Shown here piece after piece: positions 16,826 to 25,615 of a stretch of DNA of 64,000 nt. Positions within the stretch are counted from its first letter, which is position 1, and every line of letters starts with the position of its first letter. Origin of the DNA: Planctomycetota bacterium (GTDB lineage: Bacteria > Planctomycetota > Phycisphaerae > Phycisphaerales > Phycisphaeraceae); NCBI GenBank assembly GCA_024279275.1, contig JAJRRS010000128.1, forward strand, positions 2,121-66,120, given 5' to 3'. The position numbers were made by a program, and so were the translations under genes. The notes beneath the pieces are model-generated. The model was not told the DNA's origin and searched no databases. It saw only the letters and a program-made list of their open reading frames with translations.

Positions 16826-17647
16826 AACGCCGCCCCTGAGCGCAGCGAAGGGACGGGTATCCCCCACCCCTCCCCGTTTAGCCCGGTCGCCCGCGACCGG
16901 CTCTTCCACTCCCCCCTGCGACCGGCTCTAACCCTCTAAACCCGCGACAAACCCCCATCGCTGCCGCCGCAACCCCTGCCTCACCGGATTACCTTCGACA
17001 TACTTCACACACTGCCCCACACGCTCAGACGTATCCAGATAAACAATCCACCCACCCATCGCCCAAGGTGTCGGCACCCGACCGTGACGATCAACACACC
17101 CCGCCAGCGGGCGAACACCCTCAGCACTCATCCGCCTTGTGCCTGCACTTTTTAACCGCTGCGATATCTCTTCCCCGTCGAGCCTGTGCCGAGCAACCAC
17201 CATATGCACATGGTCCGGCATGATTGCACACGCATACACATTCAACCCTGTCTGCTCAATTACCTGCCCAAACCCACGCCCCACCGCCCGCGCCTGAACG
17301 CCCGTTAACCGTACCGGCGGGTACTTCAACACCCCTTGCATCTCGCGCCGTCGGCCACGGTCGTAATTTTGATGTGCCACCGATCGCGTCGTCTCAACCT
17401 TCGTCGCCATACCAAACCGTTGAAGATGTCTCGCCCAAACCCTCGTTGACCACGAACCCCGCGACTCATTGGGAAGCCAAAACCCATAGGTAGACCAGAT
17501 GATATGGGAAGCGATAGCCATCAGGATTCCACCGTATCAAAGATACTGGTCGCGGGCGACCGGGCAAACACAAGACGACACTCCCTCCCCCCATTTAGCC
17601 CGGTCGCCGCCTCCCCCTCCCCGTTTAGCCCGGTCGCCCGCGACCGG
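16826..17647. mobile_element. REPtron-like unit: RAYT-type transposase gene bracketed by module C REPs
   Basis: Module A lies at 16826-16865 and module C at 16876-16900. A partial C at 16918-16928 overlaps the transposase stop. A partial C lies at 17593-17608 and a full C at 17623-17647. Confidence 0.7.
16928..17521 (-). CDS. HUH/Y1 transposase of IS200/IS605 TnpA type, REP-associated tyrosine transposase (RAYT)-like
   Basis: HUH motif PDHVHMVVA and catalytic Tyr context VKYVEGNPVRQGL. It is 197 aa, has no partner tnpB and is flanked by REPs. Confidence 0.8.
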   Translation of the reverse strand: MAIASHIIWSTYGFWLPNESRGSWSTRVWARHLQRFGMATKVETTRSVAHQNYDRGRRREMQGVLKYPPVRLTGVQARAVGRGFGQVIEQTGLNVYACAIMPDHVHMVVARHRLDGEEISQRLKSAGTRRMSAEGVRPLAGCVDRHGRVPTPWAMGGWIVYLDTSERVGQCVKYVEGNPVRQGLRRQRWGFVAGLEG

Positions 17648-17725
17648 CTCTTATCTTTCTCACCGCCGCCTGGGACACCCTTCCCTCACCTCAGCAATCA
17701 GCACTCACACATCAGACCTCACCCC
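17593..17725 (+). repeat. Partial C, full C (17623-17647) and D heptads (17686-17725)
   Basis: The D module supplies the last four codons and the stop of the minus-strand CDS 17712..18329. Confidence 0.8.
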
Positions 17726-18329
17726 CACCCTCCAACCGCCGCATCATCCCACCCATCTGCTCCTTGAACCGCTGATGCTCCGCAGGATCGGTTTCACGTT
17801 GATGGGTCAGACGCCGCGACCCGTCGGCCAGGTAGTTCATCCGATGGGCCGTGTCGATCAGACGCTGATAATTCCGCACGATCGCCTCCTCTGCCCACAG
17901 CCGCGCGAACGGCGGAGTGTTCACATCGTGCGCCAGTCGCACCAGCCGTTGGATCGACGCCAAAATCAACCGCTGAAACTCGCCAAGCAACTCATCACCC
18001 AACGCCAGGTCAGGCGTCAATGCGTGGTCCTTACGGATGGCCGACCGGTCACGGCGGACAGTCCGCACACTGATCTTCATCAACTCCGCAATCTCCGTCG
18101 TCGAGAACCCCTCATGCGTCAGGTGATCCACACAACGCTGCCTCGTTTCCATCGGCAACTCTTTCGGCGAAACCCGCCCCGCATGTATCTGCTGCACCAA
18201 CGCCGTGACCGCCTCCCTGTCCGCCTCCGCCTTATCCCCAGCCCCTCCGGCCGAGGCGCATCGAGCCTCAACCTCCCCCACAACTTGTTCTGGATCGCCA
18301 GCCACAACAGAATCGGATGTCTGAAGCAC
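17712..18329 (-). CDS. Helix-turn-helix protein (sigma-70 region 4 / resolvase-type HTH-like), function unknown
   Basis: GFSTTEIAELMKISVRTVRRDRSAI. The remainder is helical and I do not recognise it. Confidence 0.55.
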   Translation of the reverse strand: MLQTSDSVVAGDPEQVVGEVEARCASAGGAGDKAEADREAVTALVQQIHAGRVSPKELPMETRQRCVDHLTHEGFSTTEIAELMKISVRTVRRDRSAIRKDHALTPDLALGDELLGEFQRLILASIQRLVRLAHDVNTPPFARLWAEEAIVRNYQRLIDTAHRMNYLADGSRRLTHQRETDPAEHQRFKEQMGGMMRRLEGGGEV

Positions 18330-18637
18330 TCGAAAAACCCCTTGAGAGGCGGTAACAACCGCGATTGACTGTACGGCTTATGTTAGGTATCATACCCAGC
18401 ATGGCCCCCACGATCAACCCCAGGCTTCACACTCAAAACAAGCCTTTCTCAAACCCAGGGCGGACGGCCTACCCCCAGAACCCGGACATCGCACAACCCA
18501 CGACCACCCAATCATTTACACCACTTATCACCTCACATGGGGGGAGGGGGCCGGACATGACCGCCCCACACAGTCCGACACAGGTTGCGTTATCCTTAAC
18601 CCCAAGATCACAAACCCTTCAACGAGAAACGCAAACC

Positions 18638-19498
18638 ATGCCACAAGTAATAGATTGGTCCATACCCGGCTCGGATGGCCGCACCATCCTCGGCAACACA
18701 CACATGCCCGACGGCGGACATGAAAAAGCCATCGGCGTCATCCTCATCTGCCACGGCTTCAAGGGCTACAAAGACTACGGCTTCTTCCCACACATGGCAC
18801 AAGCCGCCGCATCCGCCGGCCTCATCGCCCACCGCTTCAACTTCTCCCACTCCGGCATGACCAACAACACCGACACCTTCGAGCACCCCGACCTCTTCGA
18901 GCAGGACACCTGGCGCAAACAATCCAACGACCTCAAAGCTGTCATAGCCGCCGTCGAATCCGGCGAACTTCAAGGCCAACACAAACCACTCACCATCTTC
19001 GGCCACAGCCGAGGCGGACTCACCACCCTCCTAACGGCTGGTGATCAGGGTGCAAGCAAGCAACTCGCAGCCGTCATCACCGCCGCCTCACCCAGCGCTG
19101 CCAGCCGACTCGATCCCGATCAGATAGAAATGCTCAAGCGCCTCGGCCGATTGCCCTCCCCATCATCACGCACCGGACAAACACTCCACGTCGGACGCAT
19201 CTGGCAAGACGAAATCGACGAAGACCCCACCTGGCACGACCCCTGCCAAGCCATCGCCGCCATCAACTGCCCCGTCTTGCTCATCCACGGCACCGACGAC
19301 ACCACCGTCCCTATCTCCGAAGCCCACGAACTACACCAAGCAAAACCTGATGCCAAACTAGAAATCATTCCGGGGGCAGGCCACACCTTCAACGCCCCCA
19401 ACCCCCTGCCACTTAACCAGTCACCTCCCCCCGAAACCCAACAGATGATCGCCGCCGCTTGCGGCTTCGCAGTCGATTGTTGCAAAAGTAAAACGTAA
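18638..19498 (+). CDS. Alpha/beta hydrolase
   Basis: ILICHGFKGYKDY and the nucleophile elbow GHSRGG, with the late motif LIHGTDDTTVP...GAGHTF. The ATG at 18638 is preferred over the longer ORF from 18365. Confidence 0.8.
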   Translation: MPQVIDWSIPGSDGRTILGNTHMPDGGHEKAIGVILICHGFKGYKDYGFFPHMAQAAASAGLIAHRFNFSHSGMTNNTDTFEHPDLFEQDTWRKQSNDLKAVIAAVESGELQGQHKPLTIFGHSRGGLTTLLTAGDQGASKQLAAVITAASPSAASRLDPDQIEMLKRLGRLPSPSSRTGQTLHVGRIWQDEIDEDPTWHDPCQAIAAINCPVLLIHGTDDTTVPISEAHELHQAKPDAKLEIIPGAGHTFNAPNPLPLNQSPPPETQQMIAAACGFAVDCCKSKT

Positions 19499-19509
19499 CC
19501 CCAAACCGG

Positions 19510-20970
19510 TTACCGCTTGATCGTCCCCAGATCAACCACCACCCCGCCGGGCTGATAATAGTCCACCCCCAACGTATCACGATCCAGAAACGTAAACACC
19601 ACCGCACTCGCCCGCAGCCGCTCCACGAATCCCAGATCCCCCGCACCAGGCCCCGCATACGAAGCATTATTAAACTGCTGTGCATGGAAATGATAATGAG
19701 CAAGCCCCGTATACATCCGTCGGATCAGCGCGTCAGACGAATAAAACTTCAGATCATGCAAACGAATCTCCGGCGGATACGCCAATGCAACAACCCGTCC
19801 ACCCTCACCAACCAACACCCCCCCATGCTCCGATGTCCTGTCAACCAAATCCCGATCCGCCTGCATGAACAACCCCGCCACCAACGCACGATCCGCCAAC
19901 GCATCAAGCAAGAGTTCGATCGTCATCAGGTCAGCGAAACACAACGACTCAGCATGGTCCGCCAAGGATTCCGAGGGCAACCCCAACGCAGCCCCCACCT
20001 CGGTACGAACCGTCCCCTGCCCAGGACCAATCAACCCTGCAACACGCGACAACAGCATGCCCTTACTCAACCCCGGGTCCGAAATACCAGCCATCATGAC
20101 CGTCGGCAGATGCCGCAGCTCAAGCCCCTCCCGCTGCTTGTCCGTCAACCGCCCAGCCGACCGCTGGGCACGCTCCCAATATGCCCCACCCGACTGGCTA
20201 CGTACCTGCATCAACCAAAGCACCGCCTCGCGATTCACCGGCAAAACGCTCAACCAACGCGCCGCCTTAAGATCAAGAATCACCGGCTCCCGCGAATCCA
20301 TCCCCAACAACAACCCCCGCGCCTGATCAGCACCCACCAGCCGATGCATCAAAACCCACGCATCCACTCGCGCCGCCGTCGTAACCGTTTCATCGTCACT
20401 GACGAACACCTCCCACACCGCCTGCTCAACCGTTACCCCCGGGTTCAGCGCCTCGATCGCCGCACGTTCCGGGGGAACCGGGGGAACCGGGGGAACCGGG
20501 GGAGCCGGGGGAGCCGGGGGAGCCGGGGGTTGATCGTCTGTGTAAAATCGCGATTGTTGTGCGTAGCTGCGCACCAGCGCCACCGTGAAACCCGGGTCGC
20601 CATGCTCCACCGCACGATCTATCAAGAGCTTTCGCACCGCCAAGAGATCAACCTCTCGAAGGTGTTCCCGCGCAGCAGCCCAAAACGCATCCTGATCGTA
20701 TTCAATCAGCCGATCCATCGACCACAACCGCAACGCCGTCGGCTGAGCATCCGACCACAGCACACGGTACATCACCGCCACCGCACGCCGAGCATCGGGC
20801 AGGTCAGACAGATTGCCTAATTGCTTCGCCGCCGCCAGACGCCGGCCCGGGTCTCTATCACGATCGAGCATCACCGCCAGCGGATCGGCCACGGGCGTCG
20901 GCCCACAACCCGACAGGGAGGCTAACAATGCTATTGAAACCACCAACCACCCGACAACTTGCTTCATCAC
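19510..20970 (-). CDS. Lipoprotein with a diverged JAB/MPN (JAMM)-like C-terminal domain
   Basis: MMKQVVGWLVVSIALLASLSGC lipobox. The C-terminus has SEHGGVLVG ... HYHFHAQQFNNAS...GAGD, which resembles but does not exactly match E..HxHx7Sx2D. Confidence 0.55.
   Translation of the reverse strand: MMKQVVGWLVVSIALLASLSGCGPTPVADPLAVMLDRDRDPGRRLAAAKQLGNLSDLPDARRAVAVMYRVLWSDAQPTALRLWSMDRLIEYDQDAFWAAAREHLREVDLLAVRKLLIDRAVEHGDPGFTVALVRSYAQQSRFYTDDQPPAPPAPPAPPVPPVPPVPPERAAIEALNPGVTVEQAVWEVFVSDDETVTTAARVDAWVLMHRLVGADQARGLLLGMDSREPVILDLKAARWLSVLPVNREAVLWLMQVRSQSGGAYWERAQRSAGRLTDKQREGLELRHLPTVMMAGISDPGLSKGMLLSRVAGLIGPGQGTVRTEVGAALGLPSESLADHAESLCFADLMTIELLLDALADRALVAGLFMQADRDLVDRTSEHGGVLVGEGGRVVALAYPPEIRLHDLKFYSSDALIRRMYTGLAHYHFHAQQFNNASYAGPGAGDLGFVERLRASAVVFTFLDRDTLGVDYYQPGGVVVDLGTIKR
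20469..20529 (+). repeat. 9-bp tandem repeat: CCGGGGGAA x3 then CCGGGGGAG x3 (+ partial), inside the CDS
   Basis: It encodes PPAPPAPPAPPVPPVPPVPP on the minus strand. The DNA unit is the same as at 41382-41413. Confidence 0.9.
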
Positions 20971-20975
20971 AGGCC

Positions 20976-22181
20976 TCAGCGTGTCATCATCCGGTAGTCC
21001 AGCCGAGGCAGCCCCAGCTCCGTCAACACCGCACGCGCCTGCTCCGCAGAATAGGTCGGCAGTTCCATCTGCTCTACACCGAGCAGCGCATCAAGCACCG
21101 AGCGATGCTTGCCAAGAACCGTGACATGCAGCGTGTCGTCAGTGGGCAGCCCCGCGAGCGTAGCCGCCTTCTTGATCGCATCATCGAGATAACCGATCTC
21201 ATCGATCAGCTTGGCTTCCTTCGCCTCAGCAGCGGTAAAGATCTGCCCGGTCGCGATCTCGCGCACCTCGTCCTCGCTCAAAACCGACGCCCTGCCCTCA
21301 GCGACGATCTGGACAAACCGTTCGTGAGCACTATCCAAAAGCACCTGCACCACCTGCCGGTCTTCATCCGTCCACGACCGCGTGATGTCGTTAGCACGAT
21401 CCTTGTTCGGCGAGCCGGTCGCGACCATCGTGATCGGTTCGATCCCGATCTTTTCAAGCAAACCCCCGACGGTGAACAACTGCCCCATCACACCGATGCT
21501 CCCGGTCACACAGGTCGGCTCAGCATAAATCTCATCCGCCATCGCAGAAACATAATAACCCCCGCTAGCCGCATACGAACCATAGCTCGCAATGATCTTG
21601 ATATCCGGATGAGCTATACGGAACTCGCTGATGTAATGCCATATCCGATCCGATGCACCCACCGAACCACCGCCGGAATCCACCCGCAGCACAATCGCCG
21701 CCGGGGGATTGTCGTTAAGTGCCTTGATCGCCTGGCGGACATACACCGCTGTGTCATCGGTAATCACCCCCGTCACCGGCAGGATCACGACACGCTTCTC
21801 CGTCGTCCCCTCCTGAAACACCTGCTCGACCACCGGCCCAACCGACACGCTCTGCGAAAAAATAATCGCGAAGTAGATATTCATCACGATCGACGACACA
21901 AAAACCGTCGTGATCAGCGAGGTCATCACCTTGCTCGCCACACCACCCGACGCCTTTGGAGGCGGCCCGTAATACGCCGGGGGATATCCCTGCCCGCCCG
22001 GGGGCGGCGGCGGCGGTGGTGGTGCCGAAAACGACGGGTCGATCGGCGGTCGGCCCTGTGGCTGGGAACTTTGTTGCGAATCAGGCTGGTCGGGCATTAG
22101 AAAACCTCGGTCTTTATAGTTCGGAGCGGAAGGGCCATACGCATACCTAAATACGCCTGATCCCACTGTAAGATCGGCCAT
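20976..22181 (-). CDS. sppA: Signal peptide peptidase SppA (S49 family, 36K type)
   Basis: VDSGGGSVGASD, SYAASGGYYVS and GSIGV motifs. The N-terminus is Pro-rich with one TM helix. An alternative start lies at 22097. Confidence 0.88.
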   Translation of the reverse strand: MADLTVGSGVFRYAYGPSAPNYKDRGFLMPDQPDSQQSSQPQGRPPIDPSFSAPPPPPPPPGGQGYPPAYYGPPPKASGGVASKVMTSLITTVFVSSIVMNIYFAIIFSQSVSVGPVVEQVFQEGTTEKRVVILPVTGVITDDTAVYVRQAIKALNDNPPAAIVLRVDSGGGSVGASDRIWHYISEFRIAHPDIKIIASYGSYAASGGYYVSAMADEIYAEPTCVTGSIGVMGQLFTVGGLLEKIGIEPITMVATGSPNKDRANDITRSWTDEDRQVVQVLLDSAHERFVQIVAEGRASVLSEDEVREIATGQIFTAAEAKEAKLIDEIGYLDDAIKKAATLAGLPTDDTLHVTVLGKHRSVLDALLGVEQMELPTYSAEQARAVLTELGLPRLDYRMMTR

Positions 22182-22275
22182 TTAGGCAGGCCAGCTATAT
22201 AATCCAACGAAGCCGCAACCCTTACCCAAAATTGAATTTACAACATCATGGAGCCTCAGCGCCAAGGCGGCTATC

Positions 22276-23106
22276 ATGCCCGGTATGACTAACCACCTGC
22301 ATATTGACCCCTTCAGCGGGATCGCTGGAGATATGTTCCTCGCAGCCGCCATCGACCTGGGTGCCCCCCTGGATGAGATACTCAAGGCACTTAAACCCGT
22401 AAGCGTCGCCAAGCCCTACAAAGTCACCACCCAACGCGTCCAGCGCCACGGGATCGGCGCGGTCGATCTGAAAGTCCACATCGATCACAACGACACCCAC
22501 GACCATCACCATCAAGAAGCCCACCACCATCACCACACCCATTACCGCGACATCATGGCGATGATCGACCAGATGGACACCACCGACCGGGCAAAAGACC
22601 GCGCCCGCCGGGTGACGACCAAGCTCGCCGAAGCAGAAGCCCAGGTCCACAGCATGCCCATCGATAAAGTCCACTTCCACGAGGTTGGCGCAGTCGATTC
22701 AATTATCGACATGCTCGGCTCAGCCGTCGCGTTGGAGTTGCTCGACGTGGACACCCTCTCATGCGGAACACTCCCGATCTCCCACGGCTTCGTGAAGTGC
22801 GACCACGGCATCATGCCCGTTCCCGCACCCGCAACCGCCTACCTCATGCGCGGCCTCCTCACCGCTGGCGTTGACCGCAAGGGCGAACTGGTCACACCCA
22901 CCGGCGCAGCCATCGCAGCCGCCCTGTGTGAAACCTTCGGCCCACCCCCAGCCATGACCCTCCAAGGCGTCGGATACGGCGCAGGCGACCGTGAAGACCC
23001 AAAAATCCCTAACCTGTTAAGGCTCATGCTCGGCGAAGTCACCGCCCACCGGGGGGGCAGACAAACTCCTACATCGCAGCCGATACCAACCGCCCAGAAC
23101 GCATGA
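22276..23106 (+). CDS. larC: LarC (DUF111) nickel-insertion protein, N-terminal domain only
   Basis: HIDPFSGIAGDMFLAAAIDLG, the His-rich tract HDHHHQEAHHHHHTH, HFHEVGAVDSIID and VTPTGAAI. The ORF ends at 276 aa without the C-terminal domain. Confidence 0.75.
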   Translation: MPGMTNHLHIDPFSGIAGDMFLAAAIDLGAPLDEILKALKPVSVAKPYKVTTQRVQRHGIGAVDLKVHIDHNDTHDHHHQEAHHHHHTHYRDIMAMIDQMDTTDRAKDRARRVTTKLAEAEAQVHSMPIDKVHFHEVGAVDSIIDMLGSAVALELLDVDTLSCGTLPISHGFVKCDHGIMPVPAPATAYLMRGLLTAGVDRKGELVTPTGAAIAAALCETFGPPPAMTLQGVGYGAGDREDPKIPNLLRLMLGEVTAHRGGRQTPTSQPIPTAQNA

Positions 23107-23158
23107 CGCCCCACCGCCCCGTGCCGTCCCACATGATCCACATGGAGTTAGCCACGCT

Positions 23159-24073
23159 GTGAAGTTGAGTTATGTCACCTGGGCTTTCACCGGGGCCATG
23201 TTGATTGGGTTGTGTGCCTTTCTCTACACGAAGGCAGACTCACCGACACAGCTAACCAACGCCCGTGGACTCGCGATGCAACGCCTCCCCGCCGAGCTTC
23301 CCAAGCTATCCACGCCGAGCAATCCAAACGACGATGCCGCGATCTATTACGAACAAGCGATCGATCTGTATGCCCAACAGCGCAACGCACGACCCAAGAC
23401 ACCCGAACACGACAAACTGCTCACGGGGATCTGCGAGTTGCTGGAGCTTGCCGCACAGGCCGGGCGTGTCCCTGATGGGTTCATGGATAGCCACATCCCC
23501 GTCAAGATCGGAGTCTACCCAGACTTTGACGACGCGCTCGAAGAAATATTTACACTCGCGATCTACCAGTCAGCTTATCGATATTCCCACAAAGACCCCG
23601 ACGGTGCCCGCGACCTGGCACTGGCCGTCTGGGTGTTTGGCCAACGGATGTTCGAGCACAACGTCCGCCTCTACAACCGCAACACCGGCCTGGACATGAT
23701 GGAGTCCGCAGGCTCACTGCTCTACGACATGTCCACCAACGACCCCACACTGGATACCGGGGCCTTACACGCATGGTCCCAAGCCATCGACCAAATCCGC
23801 CGCCACTGGCAACCAAAATTGGAAGCGATCATGGGTATCAACCCGCCGATCGGCGACCTTCTAAACATCGCACTAAACGACCAGGACCGAATGTTCCGCA
23901 TCGAAGCAACCCTCCGCCTGGGAATCCACAAGCACAGCCCCGTCGGCCAAGGCAACCTCCGGGCAATTCAAGACACCATCCAGTCTGCCCTACAATCAGA
24001 CGACCCCATACTGGCCGAAGCCGCCAAAGCCGCCGACGCCATGACACTGCAACAAAAACGTAAGCTCTACTAA
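23159..24073 (+). CDS. Hypothetical membrane-anchored protein
   Basis: GTG start, N-terminal TM helix and a helical body. The stop lies 14 nt before the M48 peptidase gene. Confidence 0.55.
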   Translation: MKLSYVTWAFTGAMLIGLCAFLYTKADSPTQLTNARGLAMQRLPAELPKLSTPSNPNDDAAIYYEQAIDLYAQQRNARPKTPEHDKLLTGICELLELAAQAGRVPDGFMDSHIPVKIGVYPDFDDALEEIFTLAIYQSAYRYSHKDPDGARDLALAVWVFGQRMFEHNVRLYNRNTGLDMMESAGSLLYDMSTNDPTLDTGALHAWSQAIDQIRRHWQPKLEAIMGINPPIGDLLNIALNDQDRMFRIEATLRLGIHKHSPVGQGNLRAIQDTIQSALQSDDPILAEAAKAADAMTLQQKRKLY

Positions 24074-24087
24074 CCGGCACACGCTTC

Positions 24088-25590
24088 ATGCAGCTACTGA
24101 TCATCGCCATGATGTTGTGCCTCTTCGCCCACGACCAGGCACCGTCACTGATTTGGACCGACCTGCCCTGGCCTATCGTTCTGCTGGGCGTGTTGGTTCC
24201 CAAGCTGCTGGCCATATTTGCCTACGCGCTCGCCTGCCGATCGACACACCGGCAACTGATGTCCGGTGACGCTGCCAAACGCCTGCGTCGGCTTGAACGG
24301 ATCAGCGGGATCTTCCGTATGACGGGGCTTGTCTTGTTGGTTTTAGACCTGCACCTCGGGCTACTGGTTCTAATCCGAAACCAGATCACAAACCTCTCAG
24401 GGATCCTGAATCCAATACTGATTGATGAGGCATTGGCCCTTTTCCCGACGCTGATGTTTCTGGGCCTTGGCTGGTGGGCGTATTACCCGATCGACCGTCG
24501 CCTCCGCGAAGCGTCCATGATGAAACGCTTCGATCAAGGCCTACCCGTCTACCCCATGTGGACGCGCTGGCAGTATGTCGTGTCGCAATTCCGCTACCAG
24601 GTCGCACTGATCCTCATACCGTTGCTTTGTATTTTCACATGGTCCGAAACTGTACACCTGGCTGTAACCCATAGCTGGTTGGGCATGACAACTCAGTCGG
24701 AATCCTGGTGGCTACTCAGCGGAAGCCTCACCATCTTCCTGCTCACCCCCCTGATGATCCGATTGATCTGGGACACCGTCCCCTTGCCCGACGGCGAGAT
24801 CCGCCAACACCTCCTGGCCATGTGCAAGACCCACCGCGTCCGCGTGCAGGAACTACTCCTCTGGCGAACCTACGGCGGAATGATCAACGCAGCCGTCATG
24901 GGACTGATCGCCCCCCTGCGCTTCATCCTCATCACCGACGCCCTCCTCCAACAAATGCCCAAGCCTCACGTCGAGGCCGTCATGGCACACGAGCTGGCCC
25001 ACGTTAAAAAACGCCACATGATCTCACTGGTCATCACCGCCATCGCACTGATGGTCATCGTCGAAACCGGTGCTGTACTCGTGCTGGCTAGCCACGGAAT
25101 CCGATTCGAAGAGTCGGAACAATCATTGGTCATTACGATGGACAACGTACACACCACCTCAGCGGGGGTGGGAATACCGGGGGTATACAGCGGCGGGATA
25201 GATTCTTCACAGGCCCTTGTGTTTGCAACGATGGCGATGTCTGCCGCCGTGTGGGTGGTGGGGTTTGGCTGGGTATCCCGTCGAGCAGAACGGCAGGCGG
25301 ACAGCTTCGCCGTCGCCCATATTGCACGGGAAAGAGGCGCAGACACCGTAGAACCCCAGGACGCCAACACTATGATCGGCGCACTACAACACATCGCCGA
25401 GCTGAACCACCTGCGTGTGGAGAAACACAGTTGGCGGCACGGCTCAATCCAATGGCGACAGGACTATCTAAAATCACTCACCGGCTCGCCCATCAACCGC
25501 CTCCCGATCGACAGTCTGATGCGCTGGGTCAACGCTTTGTCTGTGACGGCCGTGGTCGTGATCGGACTGGTACAATGGTGGGTATCGTAA
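24088..25590 (+). CDS. M48-family integral-membrane zinc metallopeptidase
   Basis: HELAHVKKRH (HExxH) embedded among multiple TM helices. Confidence 0.8.
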   Translation: MQLLIIAMMLCLFAHDQAPSLIWTDLPWPIVLLGVLVPKLLAIFAYALACRSTHRQLMSGDAAKRLRRLERISGIFRMTGLVLLVLDLHLGLLVLIRNQITNLSGILNPILIDEALALFPTLMFLGLGWWAYYPIDRRLREASMMKRFDQGLPVYPMWTRWQYVVSQFRYQVALILIPLLCIFTWSETVHLAVTHSWLGMTTQSESWWLLSGSLTIFLLTPLMIRLIWDTVPLPDGEIRQHLLAMCKTHRVRVQELLLWRTYGGMINAAVMGLIAPLRFILITDALLQQMPKPHVEAVMAHELAHVKKRHMISLVITAIALMVIVETGAVLVLASHGIRFEESEQSLVITMDNVHTTSAGVGIPGVYSGGIDSSQALVFATMAMSAAVWVVGFGWVSRRAERQADSFAVAHIARERGADTVEPQDANTMIGALQHIAELNHLRVEKHSWRHGSIQWRQDYLKSLTGSPINRLPIDSLMRWVNALSVTAVVVIGLVQWWVS

Positions 25591-25615
25591 CCCAATCCCA
25601 TACCTGGATACCAAC

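Noticed and set aside
19684-22100. Plus-strand ORFs 19684-20820 (378 aa) and 20928-22100 (390 aa).
   Set aside because: Both are antisense to the lipoprotein and sppA genes, which have clear motifs. Their composition is Arg/His/Pro-biased, so I treat them as shadow ORFs.
23107-23158. A frameshifted continuation of larC (LarC2 part) downstream of the stop.
   Set aside because: Only 52 nt remain before an unrelated gene, and no LarC C-terminal motifs appear in any frame. The gene is truncated or stand-alone rather than frameshifted.
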